NCBI GenBank assembly: GCA_041665305.1
Contig: JBAYJD010000009.1
Location: 665-64,664 of the forward strand
Direction: 5' to 3'
DNA: 64,000 bases
From: Elusimicrobiales bacterium
GTDB taxonomy: Bacteria > Elusimicrobiota > Elusimicrobia > Elusimicrobiales > UBA9959
Both the position numbers and the translations under genes were made by a program. Below, piece after piece: positions 20,302 through 30,172 of the stretch (positions are counted from its first letter, which is position 1; each line of letters starts with the position of its first letter). The notes beneath the pieces are model-generated. The model ran no database searches. It saw only the letters and a program-made list of their open reading frames with translations, and had not been told where the DNA came from.

Positions 20302-20849
20302 TGGACTTTAAAAAGAACATAGCTTTGAGGGTCGGGGATGAGGCCCTTAAGTCCAGGCTTATCTCCAGGCTGGCGGCCGATTATTCCTATTGGCTGGGAG
20401 GCTTTTTTACGGTCGAGATCCGTTCGGGTTCCGCCAGGGAAGGCTTTATGCTCAGGACTCCGGACGGCCGCTCGGAGATCATGGCTTCAAAGGCGATCTT
20501 ATCTCCCGTTTCTTTCAATAAATACGGCGTCGATCTGCGGGCGCTTGACGGCCTGGCCGCGCACAGCCTGGCCGGCGCGCGCAAAAACGGCAAAATAGCT
20601 TTGCTGGATGAACTGGGACCGCTGACCCTCCAAGCCAAAGCGCTGGCCGCCGCGGTGCTTGAAACGCTTGCGTCCGACACCCCCTGTCTGGTCACTTTCC
20701 GCAGGGGGGCGGGCAGGTTTTCGGCGGCGTTTTTTAAAATGGCGGATACCGAGGTCCTGGACCTCTCGGCATCCGGGCTTCCCGGAGTCCGGAGCCGCCT
20801 CGACGGCTGGATGGAATTCTGGATAGGCAGGCTGAAGGCTGAAGGCTGA
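20301..20849 (+). CDS. THEP1/NTPase_1-like protein with degenerate Walker A
   Basis: GGFFTVEIR...REGF, NKYGVD, LLDELGPL match the NTPase_1 family; TAATG coupling to TPR gene. Confidence 0.7.
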   Translation: MDFKKNIALRVGDEALKSRLISRLAADYSYWLGGFFTVEIRSGSAREGFMLRTPDGRSEIMASKAILSPVSFNKYGVDLRALDGLAAHSLAGARKNGKIALLDELGPLTLQAKALAAAVLETLASDTPCLVTFRRGAGRFSAAFFKMADTEVLDLSASGLPGVRSRLDGWMEFWIGRLKAEG

Positions 20850-20875
20850 AGGCTGAAGGCTGAAGGCTGAAGGCT
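20829..20875 (+). repeat. Heptanucleotide tandem repeat (AGGCTGA)x6 + AGGCT
   Basis: Directly visible; spans the NTPase stop codon. Confidence 0.95.
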
Positions 20876-20914
20876 TTATGGTTCTTACAACTAACTAGAG
20901 AGATAAGGAACAAT

Positions 20915-22357
20915 ATGATGAAATATAACCGGGATTTTAATTTCAGCGATGTAAGAAAAGCGCACTTTATAGGCATAGGCGGGATAGGAATGAGCGGGAT
21001 CGCACGTCTGCTGCTTAAGACCGGGGTGGCGGTGAGCGGCTCGGACCTGAAAGGATCCGAGATCACCAGGATACTCGTGGCCGAAGGTGCGAGGGTGTTC
21101 ATCGGACACCGGGCTTCCAATGTCGGCCGTCCGGATGTCGTCGTCATAAGTTCCGCGGTCAAAACCGGCAATCCGGAACTTGAAGCCGCCCTGAAAAAAG
21201 GCATGACTATCATCCCCCGCGCGCTGATGCTCGCCAGGATAGCGTCCTCCAAAAAAACGGTAACGGTGAGCGGTTCCCACGGTAAGACCAGCACCACCTC
21301 CATGCTCGCCTCCGCGCTTGAGGGCGCGGGAGCGGACGCCACGGTGGTGGTGGGCGGGCTGTTCAAGAACATCGCTTCGAACATTAAGATGGGCGCGGGG
21401 GATTATCTGGTGGCCGAGGCCGACGAATCCGACGGTTCGTTCCTTTATTTCGACCCGCTGGTCGCCTGCGTCACCAATATCGATTCCGACCATCTGGATT
21501 TTTACAAGGACATGACGGCGCTTAAAAAGGCTTTTCTGGCGCACCTTGCCAAGGTGCCTTTTTACGGCGCCGCCGTGGTTTGCGCCGACGACCCCGGGGT
21601 CGCTTCCATGCTTAAGGAGGTACGGGTTCCGCTCATTTCGTACGGATTAAAACAAGGTTCCGACTGGGTCGCCGCGAACTTAAGGTCCGGGCCCGGGGGC
21701 CTTGTCTATGACGCGTATTTCAGGGGCGTGAAGCTTGGCCGGGTCGCGTTAAGGTCGGGCGGCCGTCATAACGCGCTTAATTCCCTGGCGGCGCTGGCCG
21801 CCGGGCGGTATCTGGGTTTTGAGTTCGGCGGTCTGGCGCGCGGCCTGGCGAATTTTAAAGGGGTCAAACGCCGGATGGAAAAAACGGGCGAGTGCTCCGG
21901 GGTCGTTTTTTTGGACGATTACGGGCACCATCCCACCGAAATAAAAGCCACTCTTGAGACCGTTCCGTCGATGTATGATGCGGGCGGGGGCCCGTTGCGC
22001 GCTTCGGCCGTTCAAAAAAAAGCGCGGGGGCGGCTTATAGTCCTGTTCCAGCCCCACCGCTATTCCAGGACCAGCCTGCTCAGGAAGGAGTTCCCGGCGG
22101 CCTTCGACGCGGCCGACCTCACCTATGTCATGGATATTTACTCCGCCGGCGAAAAACCCGTTCCCGGCGTCACCTCGGCGCTGATCCTGGACGGCCTTAA
22201 AAAACGCGGGCTTAAAGCCGAAAAATTCCCCGGCGCGATGGAAGCGGCCAAGAACCTGCGGCCGGGAGATGTGTTGATCACCGTCGGGGCCGGCGATGTC
22301 TGGAAGCTCGGCGAGGAAATAAAACTTAAACTTGAAATGATCAGTCGGCGCGGCTGA
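20915..22357 (+). CDS. murC: UDP-N-acetylmuramate--L-alanine ligase
   Basis: HFIGIGGIGMSGIA, GSHGKTSTT, EADESDGSF, DDYGHHPTEI, FQPHRYSRT. Confidence 0.97.
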   Translation: MMKYNRDFNFSDVRKAHFIGIGGIGMSGIARLLLKTGVAVSGSDLKGSEITRILVAEGARVFIGHRASNVGRPDVVVISSAVKTGNPELEAALKKGMTIIPRALMLARIASSKKTVTVSGSHGKTSTTSMLASALEGAGADATVVVGGLFKNIASNIKMGAGDYLVAEADESDGSFLYFDPLVACVTNIDSDHLDFYKDMTALKKAFLAHLAKVPFYGAAVVCADDPGVASMLKEVRVPLISYGLKQGSDWVAANLRSGPGGLVYDAYFRGVKLGRVALRSGGRHNALNSLAALAAGRYLGFEFGGLARGLANFKGVKRRMEKTGECSGVVFLDDYGHHPTEIKATLETVPSMYDAGGGPLRASAVQKKARGRLIVLFQPHRYSRTSLLRKEFPAAFDAADLTYVMDIYSAGEKPVPGVTSALILDGLKKRGLKAEKFPGAMEAAKNLRPGDVLITVGAGDVWKLGEEIKLKLEMISRRG

Positions 22358-22372
22358 AACAGCTTTCTGAAT

Positions 22373-23158
22373 ATGCCTAAATACAGCCAGGTTTTTTTGC
22401 GGGACGCCGCCATGTGCGAAGCCATCGCCGCGGCCCTCGGGCCGGAGGCCTTCGGCTCGGGCGTGGAGATAGGCCCGGGCCGCGGCGCCCTTACGCAATT
22501 CCTGGCCCCCTTGTGGGGGGATAAACTTTCGGCGGTGGAGATAGATCCGCTGATGGCGGTCCGGATCCGGGAAAGGTTCCCCGGCCTGCGGTTGATCAAT
22601 TCCGATTTCCTGGCCCTCGACCTGGAAACGGCCTTTCCCGCGGGCCCCGTGGCCTTTATAGGGAACCTGCCGTATGAATGTTCCACGGCCATCCTGGCGA
22701 AGGTCCTGGCCTGCTGCCGCCTGGGCGCCGCGGTGTTCATGTTCCAGAGGGAAGTGGCCCGGAAAATAACGGCGGCCGTCGGCGAGCCGGACTACGGCTA
22801 TCTGTCCGTGGCCGTCCAGGCGCAGAGCGAAACGGCGCTCTTCGCCGAGGTGCCGGCCTCAAGCTTCAGTCCGGTCCCGGAAGTGGATTCCTCGGTGCTG
22901 GCCTTTAAACCCCTGCGAACTTTCCCTACGGCCGGCCACAGGGAAAAATTCCTAGCCTTCGTAAAGCACGCGTTCTCCCATCGCCGCAAAACGCTGGTCA
23001 ATTCGTTGTCCCTGGGCCTGAATTCGGATAAGGCCGCGACGGGCGCCCGCATAAAAGCGGCCGGCTTCGATCCCGGGCTGCGCCCGCAGAACCTTTCGGT
23101 CGGGGACTACCTCCGGTTGGCGTCGGCCTTTGAGGCTGACCCGCGGTCCGGGGATTAA
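22373..23158 (+). CDS. rsmA: 16S rRNA adenine dimethyltransferase
   Basis: SQVFL, EIGPGRGALT, GNLPY, MFQREVA, FSPVPEVDS, FSHRRKTL. Confidence 0.95.
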   Translation: MPKYSQVFLRDAAMCEAIAAALGPEAFGSGVEIGPGRGALTQFLAPLWGDKLSAVEIDPLMAVRIRERFPGLRLINSDFLALDLETAFPAGPVAFIGNLPYECSTAILAKVLACCRLGAAVFMFQREVARKITAAVGEPDYGYLSVAVQAQSETALFAEVPASSFSPVPEVDSSVLAFKPLRTFPTAGHREKFLAFVKHAFSHRRKTLVNSLSLGLNSDKAATGARIKAAGFDPGLRPQNLSVGDYLRLASAFEADPRSGD

Positions 23159-23231
23159 ACCGGACAATTATAAAAGTGGTATAATCGTAATGGTACGGAG
23201 TTTCGGGGCCGGGCCCATAACGGAGGGGTGT

Positions 23232-24278
23232 ATGAACACGCATGAAAAACGGTTAAAAGATCTGCAGCGGCTCCTGAAAAAGGAAAAACTCGACGCCGTG
23301 GTCCTTTCCAGGCCGCTGGAGCAGGATTTCCTGACCGGGTTTCGCATGGACGGGTTCGTCCTGCTCGTTTCCCGGACCGCGGCCTGGGCCTTCATGCCTA
23401 AAATGCTCCTTGAGCATTTCAAGTCCAAGGTGGCTTTCGTGAACGCCTCCGCGCCCGAGAGCCCCCTTGAAGCCGTGATCTCCGAGGTCCGGGCCGGAAA
23501 ACTTAAAAAAACCGTTTTTGAGCCTGAAACGGAAACCTATCTGCGCGGCCGTTTCTGGCGGAAGAACGGGTTCGCGGAGTTCAGGGGCCTTACGGCGGGA
23601 CTGCGCGCCGTTAAAGAAGGGGAAGAGATCTCCGTGCTGCGCAAGTCCTGCCGTATCGCCGCCAGGGCTTTCGGCCTCATAAAGCCGCGGATCAAGACCG
23701 GCCGGACGGAACTTTCCGTTTCAAGGGAACTTGAGGACCTTATGCAGGCCATGGGCGCCAAGGGTCCCAGTTTTAATCTGATAGTCGGGTTCGGGCCGGA
23801 TTCCGCGAGACCCCACCACGAAACTTCGGACAGGCCGCTTAAGAACAACGAGGCGGTGCTCCTGGATTTCGGCTGCGTCTATAACGGTTACTGCTCCGAT
23901 ATCACCAGGACTTATTTCCACGGCAGGCCGGACGCCGAATTTAAAAAAGTGTATTCCATAGTCGCGGCGGCGCAGCGTGCGGGCCTCGGAAAGGTCAGGG
24001 CCGGCGTTAAGGCCGTCGAGGTCGACAGGGCCTGCCGGGATCATATTTCCGACGCCGGGTTCGGCCAGTATTTTATTCACGGCACGGGCCACGGCGTGGG
24101 CCTTGAGATCCACGAGGCTCCAACCCTGAACACCAGGTCAGGGGAAACCCTCCGGGCGGGCATGGCCGTCACGGTGGAGCCGGGCATCTATCTGCCCGGG
24201 AAGTTCGGGGTCCGCATAGAAGATTCCGTGCTGGTGAAAAACGGCGGCTGCGAAATTCTTACCAATCTCCGCTCCTGA
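23232..24278 (+). CDS. Xaa-Pro aminopeptidase (M24B)
   Basis: DFGC..GYCSDITRT, HGTGHGVGLEIHE, TVEPGIY, GVRIED. Confidence 0.93.
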   Translation: MNTHEKRLKDLQRLLKKEKLDAVVLSRPLEQDFLTGFRMDGFVLLVSRTAAWAFMPKMLLEHFKSKVAFVNASAPESPLEAVISEVRAGKLKKTVFEPETETYLRGRFWRKNGFAEFRGLTAGLRAVKEGEEISVLRKSCRIAARAFGLIKPRIKTGRTELSVSRELEDLMQAMGAKGPSFNLIVGFGPDSARPHHETSDRPLKNNEAVLLDFGCVYNGYCSDITRTYFHGRPDAEFKKVYSIVAAAQRAGLGKVRAGVKAVEVDRACRDHISDAGFGQYFIHGTGHGVGLEIHEAPTLNTRSGETLRAGMAVTVEPGIYLPGKFGVRIEDSVLVKNGGCEILTNLRS

Positions 24279-24349
24279 GCCCCGCTTTTACCGCGGGAAT
24301 TCGGACATGACCGGGTACCGGGAACGGAAAATGAATAACGGGAGGAACT

Positions 24350-24913
24350 GTGATCATATCAGCGGTAGTGCTTCTTGCGGGCGTTCTGTGGGTGGTCATG
24401 ATCTTCAACAATCTGATCAAACTGCGCAACCAGGTGGCTAACGGCTATAAACAGATAGATGTGCAGTTGAAACGGCGCTGCGACCTTATCCCCAACCTGA
24501 TAAATTCGGTAAAGGGGGAGATGAAATTCGAACAATCAACCCTGGAACGCGTCATACAGGCCCGCGCCGCGGCCATGAGCGCCGGGGCTTCCGGCAACAT
24601 GAACGAGATCCTGGCCAAGGAGGGTTCTTTGACCCAGGCTCTGGGCAAGCTTATAGCCCTTACGGAAAATTATCCCAGCCTCAAGGCCAACGAGTCGGTT
24701 AAAACCCTGATGGAAGAACTGACGCACACGGAAAACCAGATAGGTTTTGCCAGGCAGTTCTATAACGATATCGTGACCAGGTTCAACACGGAACAACAGG
24801 TCTTCCCCAACAATGTGGTCGCCCCCATAATGGGTTTTACCGGCGCGGTCCTGTTCGAACTGCCGCAGGACTCAAGGGACCGTGAAGCCCCGAAAGTGGA
24901 CCTGGCGGTGTGA
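24350..24913 (+). CDS. lemA: LemA family protein
   Basis: IDVQLKRRCDLIPNL, ENYPSLKAN, ENQIGFARQFYN, FPNN. Confidence 0.95.
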   Translation: MIISAVVLLAGVLWVVMIFNNLIKLRNQVANGYKQIDVQLKRRCDLIPNLINSVKGEMKFEQSTLERVIQARAAAMSAGASGNMNEILAKEGSLTQALGKLIALTENYPSLKANESVKTLMEELTHTENQIGFARQFYNDIVTRFNTEQQVFPNNVVAPIMGFTGAVLFELPQDSRDREAPKVDLAV

Positions 24914-24968
24914 GGGAAGCGCCTGGTAAAAAATTCCGCCGTAAAAATTTTTGCGGCAAAAATTTTTA

Positions 24969-26033
24969 ATGAACATTTACGAGCAGCAGGCCAGGAACAG
25001 GCGGACGACTTGGGCGATCATGTTCGTTTTTGTGGCGCTCTTTCTTGCGATCGGCCTGGGCTTCGATTTTTTTTACCTGAGCTTTAATCCGGTTCGCGGG
25101 CCGGGTTATGAACCGTACGCCGACGGCTATTCCCGTGGCGCGGCGCCGCCGCAGCCCGTGCCGTACGGCGCCATTTTGGCGCTGCTGGCCGGTTTCGGCA
25201 TGGCGGCAAACAGCATGGTGAACGGGGTAAGCATGGTGCTGCGTTCCACCCGGGCCCGCCGCGCCGTTGCGGCGGATGAGAAGGAACGCCGGTTCCTGGA
25301 TGTGGTCGCGGAGATGTCTACCGCCGCCGGGCTGCCGGTTCCGGACGCGTATATCGTGCCGGACTCCGATCTTAACGCTTTTGCCGCGGGCACGGCCCCG
25401 GAAAGTTCGGTTATCGCGGTCACCGAGGGACTGTTGAATTCCCTTAACAGGGAAGAGCTTCAGGCCGTAGTCTCCCACGAGATGAGCCATATCAGAAATT
25501 ACGATATGCGGCTCATGACCGTCTCGGCCGGCTTGCTGGGCGCCATAGCCCTGCTCAGCGACTTCGCGTACCGGACGACGCGGCTCCGTTCCGGTTCCTC
25601 CCGCGGCGTATCTTCCGGGGCTTCCCCCGGCGGCCGCAAAGGCGGCGGGGCGTTTTCGGCGGTCTTTTTCGCGGCCTGGCTGGTGCTGGTGGCGCTGGCG
25701 CCGCTTATCTCGCGCCTGCTGGCCATGGCTATTTCCCGCGAGCGCGAGTATCTGGCCGACGCCTCGGGCGCCGAGCTGACGCGCAATCCGCAGGCGCTCG
25801 TTTCGGCGCTCGAAAAGATCCGGGCCGCGGTCATGCCCACCTGCGCCGTCAACAACGGCGTGGCCCACATGTGCATTGCCGATCCGCGCGGGAGTTTGAT
25901 AGAGGAAAAAAGCGGCCTCGTAGCGGATCTTTTCGCCACGCACCCGCCCATGGAAAAAAGAATACTGGCTCTAAAAGTTATGGCTTATCAATACGGAAGG
26001 GATAGCGGACAGGGTGGAGCGCGGAACTCTTAA
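24969..26033 (+). CDS. htpX: HtpX-like M48 membrane zinc metalloprotease
   Basis: NAFAAG, HEMSH, SREREYLAD, FATHPP; follows lemA. Confidence 0.9.
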   Translation: MNIYEQQARNRRTTWAIMFVFVALFLAIGLGFDFFYLSFNPVRGPGYEPYADGYSRGAAPPQPVPYGAILALLAGFGMAANSMVNGVSMVLRSTRARRAVAADEKERRFLDVVAEMSTAAGLPVPDAYIVPDSDLNAFAAGTAPESSVIAVTEGLLNSLNREELQAVVSHEMSHIRNYDMRLMTVSAGLLGAIALLSDFAYRTTRLRSGSSRGVSSGASPGGRKGGGAFSAVFFAAWLVLVALAPLISRLLAMAISREREYLADASGAELTRNPQALVSALEKIRAAVMPTCAVNNGVAHMCIADPRGSLIEEKSGLVADLFATHPPMEKRILALKVMAYQYGRDSGQGGARNS

Positions 26034-26066
26034 CCCCCGGACCCTGAGTTTAAAAAGGAGAAAGAC

Positions 26067-26645
26067 ATGATAACATCTACGCAATTCAAGGAAGGAACGA
26101 TCTTCACCAACGAGAACGGCCAGATAGTGGAAGTGCTCACCTATCAGCACCACCGCAAATCCCAGGCGCGGGCCGTGGTCAGGGTAAAGCTTCAGAACCT
26201 GGAAACCGGAGCTATTATCGAGACCACCTACCGTCCCGAAGACAAGTTCAAGGATGTGATGGTGGAAAAACGGCCCAAGACCTATCTTTACAGCGACGGC
26301 AACCTGGCTCATTTCATGGATAACGTTAGTTTTGAGCAGGCCGCCCTGCCGATCTCCAAGATCGGCCCGCTGATGCAGTTCCTGACCGAGAATATGGAAG
26401 TGGAAGGCCTTTACCTTAACGACAAGTTCTTTAACATCGCCCTGCCGGCCAACATCGTGATGACGATAACAGAGACCGTGGACAGCGTGAAGGGCGATAC
26501 GGTTTCCAATGTGATGAAGGACGCCAAGGTCTCCACCGGGCTGGAGATAAAAGTTCCGATGTTCATCAAGGAAGGCGACAAGGTCCGCGTTGATACCCGC
26601 ACCTTCGAGTATCTGGAAAGGGTCACCGAACCGAAAAGAGGATAG
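26067..26645 (+). CDS. efp: Elongation factor P (non-canonical tip loop)
   Basis: VRVKLQNL.TG, YLYSDG, KGDTVS, VPMFIKEGD.VRVDTR. Confidence 0.93.
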   Translation: MITSTQFKEGTIFTNENGQIVEVLTYQHHRKSQARAVVRVKLQNLETGAIIETTYRPEDKFKDVMVEKRPKTYLYSDGNLAHFMDNVSFEQAALPISKIGPLMQFLTENMEVEGLYLNDKFFNIALPANIVMTITETVDSVKGDTVSNVMKDAKVSTGLEIKVPMFIKEGDKVRVDTRTFEYLERVTEPKRG

Positions 26646-26732
26646 GATAAAAGCGCGGATGGTCCGGGGCCTGAGCTGGAGCCGTTTATTCCAGCGCCCT
26701 CGGCCCCGGCCCGCTTTCTCCGACCTGATTTT

Positions 26733-27419
26733 ATGATCAAAGCCGTTATCTTCGACATCGACAATACTTTGATGGATTTTATGCGCATGAAGCGCGCCTC
26801 GGTGGACGCGGCCGTCGACGCCATGCTCGACGCGGGCCTGCCGATGAAAAAGGAGAAGATGTACGAATCCATCTTCGAGACTTACTGGAAGGAGGGCATT
26901 GAAGACCAGAATATCTTCGATAAAGTGCTGGTCAAGGAATTAGGCCAGGTCGACTACAGGATCCTGGCGGCCGGGATCATCGGCTACAAGCGGGCCAAGG
27001 AAGGCCACATGACGCTGTATCCGCGCGTAAAACTGACCCTGACAGAATTGATGAAAAGCGGGATAAAGATGGGGGTCGTTTCCGACGCGCCGCGCCTGTC
27101 GGTCTGGATGCGCATCGTGGCCCTGGGCCTGCATCATTACTTCGAGCATGTCGTGGCGTTCGAAGATACGGGGGAACGCAAACCCTCGCCGAAGCCGTTC
27201 AAAAAGATCCTGGGCCTGCTGGCGGTGCCGCCGCAGGAGGCCATCATGGTCGGAGACTGGGCGGAGAGGGATATCAAAGGCGCCAAGGCCCTGGGCATCC
27301 GCGCGGCCTGGGCCAAGTACGGCAACGAATTCGACACCAAAGTGTCCGGCGCCGACTATGAACTGGACGATATTTACGACATGGTCCGGATAATCAGGAG
27401 AATAAATGAAAAGGATTAG
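26733..27419 (+). CDS. HAD-superfamily hydrolase
   Basis: FDIDNTL, VSD, KPSP, MVGD...DI. Confidence 0.9.
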   Translation: MIKAVIFDIDNTLMDFMRMKRASVDAAVDAMLDAGLPMKKEKMYESIFETYWKEGIEDQNIFDKVLVKELGQVDYRILAAGIIGYKRAKEGHMTLYPRVKLTLTELMKSGIKMGVVSDAPRLSVWMRIVALGLHHYFEHVVAFEDTGERKPSPKPFKKILGLLAVPPQEAIMVGDWAERDIKGAKALGIRAAWAKYGNEFDTKVSGADYELDDIYDMVRIIRRINEKD

Positions 27420-27948
27420 GTCTTTGGCCGTCCTGCCTGCCGCGCTTCTTCTCACGGTTCCGGGCGCCTGCGCGCTTGAAATAACCTCCGCGGTCCCGGT
27501 AGTTTCAGGGAAGAGGCAGACCTCCGATTTTGTGTTCTCGCGTTCGCTGGCCGTCAAAGGCATCGCCTTTGAAAACGGCGCCGTCGTCATGCCCGTGGCC
27601 GTCTACAAAGAGCGGGAGTACGCCGATATAAGGCTGTTGTCCAAGACTCTTTATGGAAAGCTGGAGTCCTGCTTTTCCGGGGACAAATGTTCCTATTCCG
27701 GCAAGATCTCCGCGCCTAAACTTTCGGTCCTTGAGGTTAAAACGCTTAAATCCAGGGTGCGGGTGGCCAATGTAGCTCTCTCCTTCGACGGGGACCTCTC
27801 GGTAGTGTTCGGCGTCCTTAAAAAAATCTCCGGCGGGGTCCGGGCCGCTTATCCGGAAAATTTCGAAGCGAAGGACCCGGCGCTCAGGGACTTGATCGAA
27901 ACGAAGGTCAAAGAGGGTTTTGCCGGAGCGGTCGATAAGAAAAAATGA
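27406..27948 (+). CDS. Secreted protein with two SpoVG-like repeats (tentative)
   Basis: Signal peptide; two segments resembling the SpoVG pattern. Confidence 0.5.
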   Translation: MKRIRSLAVLPAALLLTVPGACALEITSAVPVVSGKRQTSDFVFSRSLAVKGIAFENGAVVMPVAVYKEREYADIRLLSKTLYGKLESCFSGDKCSYSGKISAPKLSVLEVKTLKSRVRVANVALSFDGDLSVVFGVLKKISGGVRAAYPENFEAKDPALRDLIETKVKEGFAGAVDKKK

Positions 27949-28003
27949 AGATCCCGCCGCGGGGGCGCGGGTTAGGTATGGCGCACGGGAATGGAACCGC
28001 TTT

Positions 28004-29659
28004 ATGTTGAATAACTCCGCGCACCGTCCGGCACAACGGCCCGTTTTGCCGCGCCCGGCCCTGCCGCTCCGTTTCGCCGCCGCGGGTTTGATATTTTTGT
28101 GCGCCGCTCCTTCCTTTGCCTTAAGAGTGGAATACCTGCCGGCGGTCTCCGCCGCCTCCCAGGCGGGCGCGGCGCGGTCTCAGCGTGAAGTCGCCGGCGG
28201 CCGCGCGCTGGTAAAATTTTCCGCCGAACTCTCCTCTTCCTCCAAACGGGACCTTTTGAACGCTTCCGGTTTTGAACCGGCAGGCGAATTCGAATTTATG
28301 GGCTGGTCGGCGGTAAAATTACCCGTGGGCATGAGCGTGGCCTCGGCCCTGCCGGCGCTTAAGGGGATCGCGGGCGTTCTGGCCGCGGAACCGTCGGGGG
28401 TCTACCATGCGGCAAAAGTGCCGTTGGACCAGTACCGCGTGGAACAATACGGGCTGGTTAAAACCGACGCCTTCAGGGCCTGGGACTTTGAGACCGGATT
28501 TTCAACCCGCGTGACCGTGGCCGTTCTTGATACCGGGATCGACGGCTCGCACCCGGACCTCGGCCCCAAACTTTCCGGAACCGGGCAGTTTTTCGACCCC
28601 GACAATTTCGGCGCCCGCACTCCGGACGACCCCCCGACCCCCGCGTGTTCGCACGCCACCAAGGTCGCCGGCATCGCGGCCGCCGCGACCGATAATTCCT
28701 ATGGGATAGCCGGTATGTCCTGGGGCGCGGGCCTGCTGTCGCTTAAAGTGTTCAGCGCCGTCGACTGCTTCGCCGACTGCTCGGATAGATCAGGGGGAAG
28801 TTCCTGCAGCACCGACGACCTCACGATCATAAAAGCGATAAACTACGCGGTTCTACAGCAGAATTCTCCGGCCGCGGGCAGGATAGTGATAAATATGAGC
28901 CTCGGGCAGGCGGGTGGATGCTCCGGACTGATGCAGGCGGCGGTGAGCAGCGCGGCGGCGGCCGGCCTGGTCCTGGTCGCGGCCGCCGGCAACAACCCCG
29001 CCGGAGTGGATTCCCCTGCCAATTGCCTCGGCGTGCTGCCGGTCGGCGCCACCGATGTCAACGACAATCTGGCCTCTTTTTCGGCCCGGGGCGCGGAAAT
29101 GTCGGCCCGCGGCGTTACGGCCCCGGGGGTGAATACCTTTACTACCGTACCGGGCCCGGGATTCGCCGCCGACTCCGGCACCTCTTTCGCCTCCCCGCTG
29201 GCCGCGGGTCTGGCGGCGCTCCTCATTTCCACCCGTCCGGCGCTGACTCCCACGCAGGTCGGAGATGTCATAAGGAATTCCGCCGACGATCTCGGCGCCG
29301 CGGGACCGGACGCCCTTTACGGTTTTGGACGGCTGAACGCCTACAAGGCCATGCTTTTGCTTGTGACCGGCAATACTTCCGCTTTCGCCCCTGCGGCGCC
29401 GCGGACCGGCGCGTACGCTTTTCCCAGCCCTTACAGGCCGGGCGCCGGCCTTCTTTCTTTTTTTATCCCGGATGAGATCTCCGGCGCGAACCTTGAGATA
29501 AGCGTTTACACCTCGGAAGGCGAGAAAATAAAAAAGATCTCCGGCCAGACCTGGGACGGACGCAATGAGGCGGGCCGCGCCGCGGCCAGCGGCGTCTATC
29601 TATTTTTTATAAAGACGGAAAAAGGGACTGCAAAAGGAAAGTTCGCCCTGATCCGCTGA
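28004..29659 (+). CDS. Subtilisin-like S8 serine protease with C-terminal FlgD-Ig-like domain (start uncertain)
   Basis: VAVLDTG, SHATKVAG, AAAGN, SGTSFASP; FPSPY...WDGRNEAG...ASGVY tail. Confidence 0.9.
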   Translation: MLNNSAHRPAQRPVLPRPALPLRFAAAGLIFLCAAPSFALRVEYLPAVSAASQAGAARSQREVAGGRALVKFSAELSSSSKRDLLNASGFEPAGEFEFMGWSAVKLPVGMSVASALPALKGIAGVLAAEPSGVYHAAKVPLDQYRVEQYGLVKTDAFRAWDFETGFSTRVTVAVLDTGIDGSHPDLGPKLSGTGQFFDPDNFGARTPDDPPTPACSHATKVAGIAAAATDNSYGIAGMSWGAGLLSLKVFSAVDCFADCSDRSGGSSCSTDDLTIIKAINYAVLQQNSPAAGRIVINMSLGQAGGCSGLMQAAVSSAAAAGLVLVAAAGNNPAGVDSPANCLGVLPVGATDVNDNLASFSARGAEMSARGVTAPGVNTFTTVPGPGFAADSGTSFASPLAAGLAALLISTRPALTPTQVGDVIRNSADDLGAAGPDALYGFGRLNAYKAMLLLVTGNTSAFAPAAPRTGAYAFPSPYRPGAGLLSFFIPDEISGANLEISVYTSEGEKIKKISGQTWDGRNEAGRAAASGVYLFFIKTEKGTAKGKFALIR

Positions 29660-29711
29660 AAATTTTTGCGGCAAAAATTTTTACCAGCCCCCGCCCTATA
29701 AGGGGGGCTTG
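29658..29711 (+). repeat. Palindromic repeat family A (AAAAATTTTTGCGGCAAAAATTTTTACCA +/- CCCCGCCC-TATA-GGGCGGGG); copies near 1615, 8776-8810(-), 18146, 24926, 33751, 35120, 37063
   Basis: Recurrent motif at gene junctions. Confidence 0.8.
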
Positions 29712-29740
29712 AGGTATAGGCGGGCACGGGGGAAATAATT

Positions 29741-30079
29741 ATGATAGTTTTTAACACCACCAGGAACATCGCCGTGGTTTCGAGGGCCGTTAAAGCCGAT
29801 TCTTTCCGGACGCGGCTGTTCGGGCTTATCCCGCGCCGGACCATGGAACAGGAAGAAGGTTTGTGGCTGGCCCCGTGCGCCATGATCCATTCGTGTTTTA
29901 TGAGCTTTCCGATAGACGCAGTTTTCCTAGACGCCGGACTTAAAGTGATGAAAGTGGTCCCGTTCCTGAAACCGTGGCGGTTCTCCCCCTGGGTTTACGG
30001 GGCCGCGGGCGTTCTGGAACTCGCCCCGGGCCGCGCCGGTTCCGTTCTGGCGGAGGGCGAACTGCTTGAGTTTCGATAG
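29741..30079 (+). CDS. DUF192 family protein
   Basis: ADSFRTRLFGL, IHSCFMSFPIDAVFLD, VLELAPG. Confidence 0.85.
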   Translation: MIVFNTTRNIAVVSRAVKADSFRTRLFGLIPRRTMEQEEGLWLAPCAMIHSCFMSFPIDAVFLDAGLKVMKVVPFLKPWRFSPWVYGAAGVLELAPGRAGSVLAEGELLEFR

Positions 30080-30172
30080 CGGCCGCTGAAAATTCCTCAC
30101 CCGGTAAAGCGCCGCCGCGTGATATATCATTTGTAAAAAGCATGTAATAAATTTATAATTGTAGGCTGAACT

